A stretch of 64,000 bases of DNA, from assembly GCA_951406725.2 (NCBI GenBank), contig OX597821.1, positions 36,890,001 through 36,954,000 on the forward strand, in the 5' to 3' direction. Made by a program: the position numbers and the translations under genes. Shown here piece by piece: positions 28,425-40,800 of this stretch. The first letter of the stretch is position 1, and every line of letters begins with the position of its first letter. Under the pieces are notes generated by a model. It worked only from the letters and a program-made list of their open reading frames with translations, was not told where the DNA came from and did not search any database. Origin of the DNA: Octopus vulgaris. Taxonomy: Eukaryota.

Positions 28425-30173
28425 TGTGTAGGACAGTAGTGGCCTCTTTATACTCCTACTGGAGGGCGGCGAGCGGGCAGAAACGTTAGCGCGCCGGGCG
28501 AAATGCGTAGCCGTATTTCGTCTGCCGTTACGTTCTGGGTTCAAATTCTGCCGAGGTCGACTTTGCCTTTCATCCTTTCGGGGTCGATAAATTAAGTACC
28601 AGTTACGCAATGGGGTCGATATAATCGACTTAATCCGTTTGTCTGTCCCCTCTATGTTTAGCCCCTTGTGGGTAGTAAAGAGATATATAACACGGTCTAC
28701 TGATTATGAAGTTTCACCGGTCTTAATTTGTTTACATTGTTGCGAGGGATCCTGTGTACAGACTCTCTCTGCGTCCCTTTATAAACGTGAAACCCAAGGT
28801 AATCCCATAAACCGGCCTAATCTATCTTTAATATATACTACTCTATATCTTACAATATGCTTCTTTTTTTTTCGGACGATATTTATATATCGTATCTCTT
28901 ACTTGTTTCAGTCATTTGACTATAGCCATGATGTAGCACTGCCTTGAAGGGTGTAAGTCGAACGAATCGACCTTAGTACTTATTTTTTAAAGCCTGGCAC
29001 TGGGGGCTTCTTTTTTTTTTCCATCTAACTGTTAGGTTACAGGGATGCAAACAAACCAACTGCATTATTTTACTTGTTTCAGGCATTTTGACTGCGGCCA
29101 TGCTGGAGCGCCGCCTTAAAGGGATTTTTAGTCGAAGACATCGACCTCAGGACTTATTCTTTGTAAGCCTAGTACTTATTCCTTCAGTGTTTCTGTCTAC
29201 CAAATCCACTCAAGGCTTTAGTCGGCCCGAGGCTATACTAGAAGACACTTGCCCAAAGTGCCACGCAGTGGGACTAAACCCGGAGCCATGTAGCTGGGAA
29301 GCAATATCCACACTAGTGTGCACCCACCCCGATTGTGTCCTCATAACTCGCAGAAAAATGGATATTTTTTAATGAAATCTTTTACGAATAGGCTTCAGAT
29401 GATGTAGATTCCAGTTATATCAGAATGAGTTGTGAAAACATTTTTCTGTGGTTGGTGAGAGGAATTTCGGAAAATTCACATGAGTCGGTTTTGTTTCCTA
29501 AGAAGCTTAAGAAAAATGTTTTGGTGCATTGTGTTTTTTTACAAATTTTTACACTCTGATGAGTGTGTAGATTACAATTATATTGGAATTTGATATGAAA
29601 AATAAAAAATTTGAAAACATGGAAAGAGTCAACTACCATCCTGTTTCATAAGAAAGGTGATAAAGGAGATTTAAGAAACTATCACCCCATGTACCTCTTG
29701 TCTCACTTCCATCAGCTGTTTATGAAGCTGATAGTCAGCAAACACCTCGACCACCAACAGCCGAGAGAGCAAGCTGGCTTCTGTAAGAACTGTAGAATGA
29801 TAGATCAAGTGTTCACTCTAGCATAGTTCATAGAATGAGTGAACAAATATTTTTTGTTGTAAGAAACCCACAAATAATCTAATCTCAGTTATAGTCAATA
29901 TCTAATTACATAAATATTTTACAAAACAAAAAACAAAAAATTAACTATTCATATTGATAATTAATTTGTAAGTTTAAATTAATAATTTAAATAATTTTTT
30001 TTTAAATTTCAACTTTAAATTTAAATAGTTTCAATTTTGAATTTTATATTTTATATATTTTGTATATTATATTAATTAATTTTATTTCTATGTATTGGTT
30101 TATTTTTTTCACTGTTTGATTTGCCTAATAGTGGTTTTATCTCTAATTTTATGTATATATATATATATATATA

Positions 30174-30789
30174 AACCGATAAGGGTGAGAAAATTGGGTA
30201 CTAATTTAATAGCACATCCATTTACCACCAAGTGGCTTAGTGCATAAAAAACCCGGATTACAACACGTTTTATACATAAATATAAGAGAGTGACCACCAT
30301 GTGGTCTACTCTAGCACTAAAAATAGATCCGCAAGGTTTCAGCCACAAAAGAAATTGTTTCCGTTGAAAGTTAGCACTACTACCAGCGCAAATAAACATA
30401 ACAAAATGTAGATTAGTTCGAGACAATTGTTTCGCTATTAATAAATTATGTGGTTTTACTAACATAAATTTATCTGTAGCTCCTCAGCCGAACCCGTCCA
30501 GAATACAATTTACCCGATCGCACGCTAGACTTCACCATAACGATAAACGCACATGTGGTTGAGTCGATTGTACTCGCTGTTATAATTCAAGTGCCCCTGT
30601 CATCGCCCGCCAAAATTCACGGAAACAAATACTACATCCAAAATTAAATGCAGCATAATTACAATCAACCGATAAGGGTGAGAAAATTGGGTACTAATTT
30701 AATAGCACATCCATTTACTACCAAGTGGCTTAGTGCATAAAAAACCCGGATTACGACACATTTTATACATAAATATAAGAGAGTGACCA
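30174..30789. repeat. 123-bp direct repeats (30174-30296, 30667-30789) at 493-bp spacing
   Basis: Near-identical copies read directly. Confidence 0.85.
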
Positions 30790-32105
30790 TATATAAATAG
30801 TGTGGAATTTATTGTTAACTGAGCTGAAAGTATATATTCCAAACAATGTTGAAAATCCTGTGAAATCTCTCATTCTTATTCTTAGATCAAAGAAATCTGT
30901 ATTAACTACATAAGTCCTAACTTTTGTAAAATGCTGATTTACATCACACAAAGGAGTGTGTGAACAAAGCTCAAGCCACCATCATGTTGCCAACCTGAAT
31001 CTTCACATTTACCACTGCGGTCGGTCTCTGTCCATCTGTTCGTACGAGGTCATCCTGTTTCTGCTGACATGGTGCTCACCTCTCTTCACTACTTCTCACC
31101 TGATCACAGGTGACAGGACCTTGTACAAGTGTGTGTGTGTGTAATTATATGCTGCACAACTTCAATGTCTGCCAAATGCCATTAGGCTTGCAGCACTCTT
31201 CAGGATGTCCACCACTTCCAGCTTGATTAGACCGACAAAAGCGCAGATCATTGTTTGTTTTAACCACTTGCCCAAAACGGAGGACAAGGCAAAGATGACA
31301 GCTTGGTTGCATGGGATACATTTTTAATGGCAAAGCTCCAACATGGTGACTGTCTCTGGCTGAAACTAATTGAAGAATAAAAGGATATAAAAAAAAAACT
31401 AAACATGAACATCCAGTGAAAGTGAAACTCCTATGTCATGTTTGACCCCTTGAGACATCATTTAACCCTTTTGTTACTGTATATATTTTGAGATGCTCTG
31501 TTTCTCACAATCATTTCAGATATTTTTTTTTTTTTTGTACTTGTTTCAGTCATTTGACTGCGGCTATGCTGGAGCACCGCCTTTAGAGTGGTGAAAGAGT
31601 ACAGCAGGGATCACCACCATCCCCTGCCGGAGCCTCGTGGAGCTTTTAGGTGTTTTTCGCTCAATAAACACACACAACGCCCGGTCTGGGAATCGAAACC
31701 GCGATCCTCCGACCGCAAGTCCGCTGCCCTAACCACTGGGCCATTGCGCCTCCACAAAGAATTTAGTAAAATAACTTAGTTATCATTAAGCTAGTGTTAG
31801 GAACATTAATTATGACTAAGGTTTCGTGGAAGATTTTAATTCAAAACTTATGAAAACAAGACATTTGTACTACAGAGCCAGAGCCACTTTCAGCCAGGTT
31901 GGTAACAAAAGGGTTAAGGATGAATAGTTCAATCCCCATATCTGATATTAGTTCGAAATGCAAAAAAAAAGAATCAATCCTCAAATATAGATTCAATTTT
32001 ATTGAAATTATTTATTTAGTTACAGCAGTTTTCTCATTTAAAGATAATTATTTTTCTTTAGTTTCAACAGAACAAAATATCTTTATTCATTTATGTATGT
32101 CGTGT

Positions 32106-32203
32106 TTATTTCCATTCACGGATTTGACGATCCACTACAAACTGACCACGAGGCTCTTTCACATTTGGAGGCAGTAAAGCAAGATAGACTGGTGTGTCGG
32201 CGC
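32106..32203 (-). CDS. CBR1: Gene C exon 8 ([32 protein letters not shown])
   Basis: tag|GC...TAA; 98 nt; AATAAA on minus strand at ~32011-32016. Confidence 0.93.
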
Positions 32204-35163
32204 CTAACAGAAAGATTCGAAAAAAGATAAAAATAATGACACAATAACACACAGAAAAAGATAAAATAACACAGGTAATAAGTATGTGATTAAGATATCA
32301 GCTTTGTGAGTTCAATTCCAGTGTATAGCAGTCTGTGCAAAATTATGTGGTGGTGGAACAATGATGTTGACAGGGCTATTAGACAAAAGAAACATGCTTG
32401 GAAGGACTGGAAGAACGGTGGTAGCAGGGAAGTGTATCAGACTGCCAGAAGGGAAGCGGATAAGAATAAATTTGCCAATGTTCCGCGCCGCGAGGACAAA
32501 AGACTTGAGGTATTTCGGTTGCAAGACAGTGTGTGAGAGAGAATCGTGATGTGGTAGGAGAGAAATGTGTTCGCATGGATGATGGTTCACTTGCGCTAAA
32601 TGAGGATGCAAAGAGAGAGGTCTGGCAATGCCACTATGAAAGGTTGCTGAATAAAGAATGGGAGAAAGAGAGTCTGCCGAATGTCGACCCAACAGAGGGA
32701 CTAGCTATCCGAGTTGACAGTACCTTGGTAGATAAGGCAATTAGAAGAATGAAATCAGGGAAAGCCCCAGGCCCATCAGGAATTACTGCAGAGATGCTCA
32801 AAATATCTGGCAGTGTCGGTTATAGCCTAGTCACCCATATAGTTAACCAGGTGATACACGAAGGAGTCATACCAAATGACTGGTGTAGCAGCATAATAGT
32901 CAACTGCTACAAAGGTAAAGGTGATGCTTTAGATACAAATAATTACAGAGGTATTAAGCTGTTGGATCAGGTAATGGTGGTTACAGAGAGGGTCATATCC
33001 CAACTGATTAGGGAGAGAGTCAGCTTGGATGAGATGCAATTTGGTTTCGTGCCAGAGAAAAGCACCACTGATGCCATATTTCTGGTACGACAGCTGCAGG
33101 AGAAGTACCTGGCCAAAGATAAGCCCCTGTACCTGGCTTTTGTTGACATGGAGAAAGCCTTTGACAGGGTCCCTTGATCCCTTATCTGGTGGTCAATGAG
33201 GAAACTAGGGATAGATGAATGGTTAGTGAGAGTGGTGCAAGCCATGTACAGAGACACTGTAAGTAAGGTGAGGGTTGGCAATGAGTACACTGAAGAATTC
33301 AGGGTAGAGGTAGGGGTCCACCAAGGGTCAGTTCTCAGCCCCCTCCTATTTATCATAGTCTTCCAGGCAATAATGGAGGAATTCAAGACAGGATGCCCTT
33401 GGGAGCTCCTCTATGCTGATGACTTTGCTCTAATATATATATATAAACTAGAGGAGAAGTTTCAAGTGTGGAAAGAAGGATTAGAATCGAAGGGCCTTGG
33501 AGTTAACCTAGCTAAAACCAAAGTCCTAATAAGTAGGAAGGCAGGCAAACCACAAATCCTTACAGGTAGATGGCCCTGCTCGATCTGTAGTAGAGGTGTA
33601 GGTAGAAACTCTATAAGATGTACCCAATGTAAGCTATGGACACATAAGCAGTGCAGTAATATCAAAGGAAGGCTAACTGGGAAGATAGTTTTTGTATGTG
33701 GCAGATGCTCAGGAGCAATAAACACTGAAAATGCGCAGAGAACAACTTCCACCACATTCCAGAGAGAAAAACTAGTAGTTGATAGCTTCCTTTACCTAGT
33801 TGACCAAGTCAGTAGCAGGGAAGGGTGCGCTGAAAGTGTAGCTGCTAGAATAAGAATAGCTTGGGCAAAGTTCAGAGAGCTCCTACCTCTGCTGGTGACA
33901 AAGGGCCTCTCGCTTACAGTAAAAGGTAGACTGTATGACATGTGTACAAACAGCCATGCTACATGGCAGTGAAACATGGGCTGTGACTGCTGAGGACATG
34001 CGTAAGCTCACAAGGAATGAAGCCAGTATGATCCGATGGATGTGTAATGTCAGTGTACATACTCGACATAGTGTAAGTACCCTGAGAGAAATGTTGGACC
34101 TACAAAGCATCAGATGTGGTGTGCAAGAGAGACGACTGCGCTGGTATGGTCATGTGGCGAGAATGGATGAAGACAGCTGTGTGAAAAAGTGCCACACCCT
34201 AGCGGTTGAGGGAACCTGTGGAAGAGGTAGACCCAGGAAGACTTGGGATGAATTAGTGATACACAACTTTCGAACTTTGGGCCTCACCAAGGAAATGACT
34301 AGTGACCAAGACCTTTGGAAATACGCTGTGCTTGAGAAGACCCAGCAAGCCAAATGAGACCATAATCTCGTGGCCTATGCCAGGGGTGTTACCAGCCCAC
34401 TTATGTGTACCTTTTCCTTCTTTGGACACTAAAACTCTGCTTGCAAAGACCTGTTGAGGCAAGTGAAATCAAAAATCCAAATCAAAATCAAATTCGAAGA
34501 CTGGCGTTCATGCTAGCAGGGTGCAAAGAGCACCATATGAGTGCGACCATTGACAGAGCGGCTAACCAGCTTCCATGCCAGTGGCACTTAAAAGGCTCCA
34601 CTCAAGTGTGATCGTTACCAGCGTCGCCTTAAAGAGCACCATCCGAGCGTGATCGTTGCCGGAGCGGCTATCTGGTCTCTGTGCCGGTGGCACGTAAAAG
34701 ACACCATTCGAACGTGATTGTTACCAGCATTGCCTTACTGGCACCTGTGCCAGTGGCATGTGTAAAAGATTCGAGCGAGGTCGTTGCCAGTACCGCCTGA
34801 CTGGCCCCATGCCTGTGGCACGTAAAAGCACCCACTACATTCTCGGAGTGGTTGGCCTTAGGAAGGGCATCTAGCTGTAGAAACTCTGCCAGATCAAGAT
34901 TGAAGCCTGGTGCGGCCATCTGGTTTGCCAGCTCTCAGTCAGACTGACCAACCCATGCTAGCATGGAAAGCAGATGTTAAATGATGATGATGATGAAGCC
35001 AAAATTGTGAGGATGATCCGGTTCTTGACTGAGGATAGAAAGCTTCAAATGACCTGTGGTTGTTTGTTTTTTTGTATCGTCTTTCTGGATGTTTTGTTGT
35101 CCCTTTTTGTATCACCTAGTTGTCTGGATGTTTTGCGTCCTTGTCCCATTTTGCATTTTATAC

Positions 35164-35204
<41 letters not shown>

Positions 35205-37523
35205 CACATGCACGTGAGTATGTATGATGTGTGAGTGTGCGTTTCTGTGTGTGTAGTAGTAGAATTGATAGAAAAAAATATAGAGTGAACTAGCTGTGCA
35301 GAGTGGAAAATCAAACGTTTCTCAGACAGTCCTTCTTCAGAGGAAAAGTTGAAAAGAGAGAAATTAAAGAGAGATGGCAGACTTTTAAATATACAATTGG
35401 AAAAAACTCTACTGTCTTTCATTCATTTCTCTCCTTTCAGCTTTTCCTCTGAAGAAGAACTGTGTCTGAAACATTAGATTTTCCTTTCCTCGCGGCAAGT
35501 TCATTATACTCTTTTCATTGACTTTACTACATAATATAAGTCTTGCTAGCACAGAAAAACACCAGCCTCATTGGAGTCTGATTGAATATATGTATGAATA
35601 CCATCGTATTTGGTGGTGTATAAGATATGAAGAAATGAAGTCTGGTGCAGGGCACTCTTGTCTAGGTAAGTTGTATACAATCACCATTGTATGTGCTCAC
35701 ATATATGTGTGTTTTAGTTTGTGTTTATGTAGACCAGTGGTTTTCAACCTGGGTTCCGCGGAACCTTAGGGTTCCGCCAGTACAGCCCAGGGATTTCGCA
35801 AGAAGTTACAAAAATGCTAAAATCGACAGTTATTTTTAATTCTCCTGTGCAGATATGTGTGCATAAGACAATAAAATTATTGCACAGGGGTTCCTTGAGC
35901 CAGTGGAACGTTTCCTTGTGGTTCCGCTTCAGCAAAAAGTTTGAAAAGCACTGATGTAGACAGTTAATGTGTATGTAGAGAGGCTTGTGTGTATAGTGGT
36001 ATATGTACGTATAAGCTTACTTGTATTGACAGCAAGTACATGTGTGTGTGTGTGAGCATATGTGTGTGTGTTGAATTATGTAGGCTTTCATATTTGGTTT
36101 GTGTGACAGAGAAGAGCAGAGGTGTGGGGTTAGAAAATCTAAATTGTTTAATTTTAGGTGATCAAAGACTTATATGGAGATTTTTACCTTCCTCAATAGT
36201 TCTGGGTCCTAGGTAACGAGTCATATCAGTGGCAACATAACCAGGACAGCACTAAAAAAAGAGAAGATAAATTATTAATGACAAATCATCATCATCATCA
36301 TTATCATCATCGTTATCATTATATTTCATGTGAGGGCACATGGCTTAGTGGTTAGGGTGTTACACTCACAATTGCTAGGTTGTGATTTCAATTCCTAGAC
36401 TGGGTTGTGCATTGTGTTCTTAAACAAAAACATTTCATCTCACTTTGCTCTGCAATCACTTCGACACCTCTTCAATACACTGTGCAATACACTGTGCAAT
36501 ACACTGTGCACCTCTTCAGATAATGTCGATTTGATGAAGAGTGTGAGCTAATGTATGGCACATACATTTTATCACTATAAACAAACTATTTGTGTAGGTT
36601 GTTCTGTAAAAGCTGAACACTCATACATCGTCTTCGGCAGGAAAGTCTGTTATTATTATCAACATCACTGAGGCGGCGTGCTGGAAGAATAGTTAGCATG
36701 CTACTCAGGTGCATGTCATCTGTTTTTACATAGAGTTCAAATCTGCCGAGGTCAACTTTGCCTGTCATCCTTTCAGGGTTGATAAGTACTGGTTGTGCAC
36801 TACTGTTGACTAACCCCAACCCTAAAAATTTCAAGCCTTATGTTTATGGTAGAAAAGATTATCATTATCATTAAAATTGAGAATTGAAAGGATCATTAGC
36901 ACACCTGACAAAGTCCTTAGCAGCATTTTGAGTTCAAATGGTTTCCCTTGCAGCAAACTTAGACTATGTTATTATCATCATTAGAATAATTGATAGTATT
37001 TGAAATTAGCAAATTTTGAAAAAAGTGTATTTTATGACTACTTGTGTACATTATCTTATATATACTTATTAATTATCATGACACAACTTCTACTAGAAGT
37101 AGTTTTGTTTTGCTCAGAATAAGTTTTGTAATGCTCAGAATAAGTCATTAAAGTAATGCCATCTCATTCCTGTATTAAACATTACACGATTGAGTCATAA
37201 GTATATTCATCTATAACATGTTCTAGCAGGTTTGAATGTGAACATGCAAATTACTGTTGTATTTTGCTTTCAGAGGACTTCATATTTGAAATAATGTGTT
37301 GACATCACACAATTCCGTGACCTAGGGAGACTTTGAGATACCTGTATCTCAATCTGGTTGTATCTCTTCAGTCAAAGTTGACACAGCATCACTGAATCTA
37401 AATAAGAATTGTCATCTTTGTTCATACAGTTCAGCTAAGAAATAATTTGCTGATGTGTGTTGATGTCTGCCAAATCAACATGAAATTAACAAAAATACAT
37501 AAAACAGCAAAAATTAAAAGAAA

Positions 37524-37559
<36 letters not shown>

Positions 37560-37769
37560 ATCCAAACAAGAAGACACAAAAACAAAAAAAACGCGAGGAC
37601 GTGGAACAAATAAAGTATTATTGGACGCTCAGGAAAGAAGGGAAGAAGGAGGGTTTAACGTTTCGAGTGGAGCTCTTCGCCGGAAACATAGGAGAAGGAA
37701 AGATCCCAAGAAGGGAAGACAGAGGAAAAAAAATCGCCAGTGGTACTCACGAGGTCACACACATACATA

Positions 37770-37820
<51 letters not shown>

Positions 37821-40800
37821 CAAAGTAAGATATGGGTTATGGGTGTAACCCACTATGGGATAGTATTTATCCAATATAATGTTGGTAAAGTACCCAGATT
37901 CTTAATACATAATTGTTTTTATTGCAATGCAATTAACTCATTTATTGTATTAAATGGGTGAAGATAAATAAAGATTTTTACCATAAATTTATAATACAAA
38001 TAAGAATATGGAGAAACAAATTTAGTTTGTTCATCAACTTTCGGATATTAGAATGTTGGATTATTTATTCATTTAACAAAATGAATGAGCAAAAAAAAAA
38101 AAAAATCATTTAAAACTGCCGTTCAAACCAAAAAGATCCAAAAAAAATAATTTAGACTAATGAAAATAAATCTTAGAACTCTTTGTATCGATTTGTGTTG
38201 TCTTTTATTTTTTGTTATGTGTGCGCCTAAGAAATAGTTTAGTTCATATATGAGTAGTGGGCATAACTACAGATTTCTGCCCTCCCGACTTTGGATGATC
38301 ATAACTTTTAGAAAAATGTATATTTTTTAATGAAATTTTCTACGAATATGTATCACGTCATGTAGATTTCGAATATACAAAATTTTTGAGGGGAAAGTGT
38401 TTTAGGAGGGGGTAGGGTGAGAAATTTTGGAAAATTCACCGGAATCCACTTCAATTCGTTTTAACTTTCAAGAAAATGGATATTTTTTAATGAAATTCTA
38501 TACAAATATACCCCGGACTATATAGATTCATAGGACATAATGAGTTTTCTGGTGAGGGCTTTATTTGCCTTCATTGCCTGTTTGTTGCTTCAGCAGAAAT
38601 CTACGGATGCACAAAACGGAGAAATAGAAATAAATATGGACGACTCGTTCCGAAACACCCCCGAGTGGATAACAATTCTCAAAAATAACCCCCAATTGTT
38701 TTCCTCCCAAATTCATATGTCTTCGGTATCTACATTATCCGAGGTATTTTTGGCGATCTGGCAGAACCGTTAGCACGCCGGGCGAAATGCTTACCGGTAT
38801 TTTGTCTGCCGTTACGTTGTGAGTTCAAATTCCGCCGCGGTCGACTTTACCCTTTGGGGTCGATAGATTAAGTACCAGTTACGCACTGGGGTCGATGTAA
38901 TCGACTTAATACCTATGTCTGTCTTTGTTTGTCCCCTCTATGTTTAGCCCCTTGTTGGTAATTAAGAAAGAGGTATGTTTGTAGAGGATATCATAAAAAA
39001 AATAACCGTTTTCTTGAAAGTTAAGACGAATTGAAGTGGACTCCGGTGAATTTTTCAAAATTCTTCAACCACCCATCCTAAAATATTTTCCCCTCAACAA
39101 TTTTGTATATTCGGAATCTACATGATGTAACACATATTCGTAGAAAATTTCATTAAAAAAAAATATCCATTTTTCTGACAGTTATCAGAGACCAAATTCG
39201 GAGTTATGCCTGAGTAGTGTACCTTTAATATCACGCAAAAATTGATAAAAATTTGAGAATTAAAATTAAATATCTTTCTTTCTAATGGATAAAATTTTAC
39301 GAAACCTTTACCAATATATTCGTTTAACATTTCTCTTTCATATATCAATATAATAATTCTTAATCAAGATTGTCGATGTCGGGTGTTACTACCCATCATC
39401 AGTCAACCACTTTGGTCTATACATTCTTTCTCTTAATTTTTGTTCTACTTCACCAGATTTTAAATATTTTATGTCTAAATGTAACTTATCACTAGTCATA
39501 CATAATTCAACAAACTAAATTTGATTTCGATTAAAACTGAATTAGGGAGACTGCTTGGAAGACGCCGACTGCGACAAAAAAGCTCCGTTAAGAATATACA
39601 ATTACAACCGTAGCTGAATGACACACACACACACACACATATTTGGAGTGTTTTGGAAATTCCTTATTTCTTTACTACCCACAAGGGGACAAACAAAGAC
39701 AGACAAACGGATTAAGTCGATTACAAATTAAGTACCAGTTACGCACTGGGAGTAACTGGTACTTAATTTATCGACCCCGAAAGGATGAAAGGCAAAGTAG
39801 ACCTCGGCGGAATTTGAACTCAGAACGTAGCGGCAGACGAAATACCGCTAAGCATTTCGCCCGGCGTGCTAATGTTTCTGCCAGCTCGCCGCCTTAAAAT
39901 TTTGGAAATTCCTTGATACAATTATAATAGGGGAGACCGGGGCAAGTTGACACATTTTCTCTAGAGAAAATGCGAAACTACTTTCGGACGATTTAATGAT
40001 ATCATAGTAGTGCTGTTAGTATAAGCTTTTCCCTCATTTGATTTCGTTGCCGTTGTGAGAGTTTGTCTGCTACATGCGGACAACATTGGAATTTTCCACT
40101 TGGTAAGTTATTTTCGACATTTTTGATAATTAGTTATTTTGGATATTGTTTAAGACTGCATTATGTGTATTAAACCTTAAGGAGTTAGTAAAATATCTCT
40201 CACGACCCTATACAAATGGATTCTTGCGAAACCCTAGTGGTTTTCTCTCAGTGTTTACATTTACGAGGGAAATGGGGTCAGGGTAAGTTGACACACTGTG
40301 TCAACTTGCCCCAGCCTGTGATAAAGTTGTAGGTTGCTCACATTGATTCACTATCTCATTTTAACTACGAGTGTTTGCTATTTGATTCATATCTAGTACA
40401 TTGGACCAATTCATTGAGTAACTTATGTATTGCTTGCTATAGTTTTAGATCAGCTATCTTTATCTATACCAACCTATTCTATCTTCATATCGCTACCTAC
40501 TTAGTCAACAGCTTGTATACTGCCTCAGCTTTGTAAGCTGTACCACTGATATATAAGCATGAAGTTATGCCGTGATCAGACATGCTTGAAACTAAAAAGT
40601 AGGTAAACACTCAGAGCTTCGTTTTGCTTTCACTGTTGGATTATGCAATGAGCTAAATTGCTTTTATTTCTCCCTCTCTCTCTCTAGATCTACAATTGTC
40701 ATGGTGCGACACTACAAACGCAAAAGCGAGAGGGCAACCCTTCCACAGGATGTAATCCAACAGGCTATTCAACAGGTCCGAGCTCATGTCATTTCCTTGC

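Noticed and set aside
38540-38773. Secreted small protein ORF ([17 protein letters not shown]...)
   Set aside because: It lies inside a foldback repeat and ends in a SINE; the hydrophobic start is explained by T-rich sequence.
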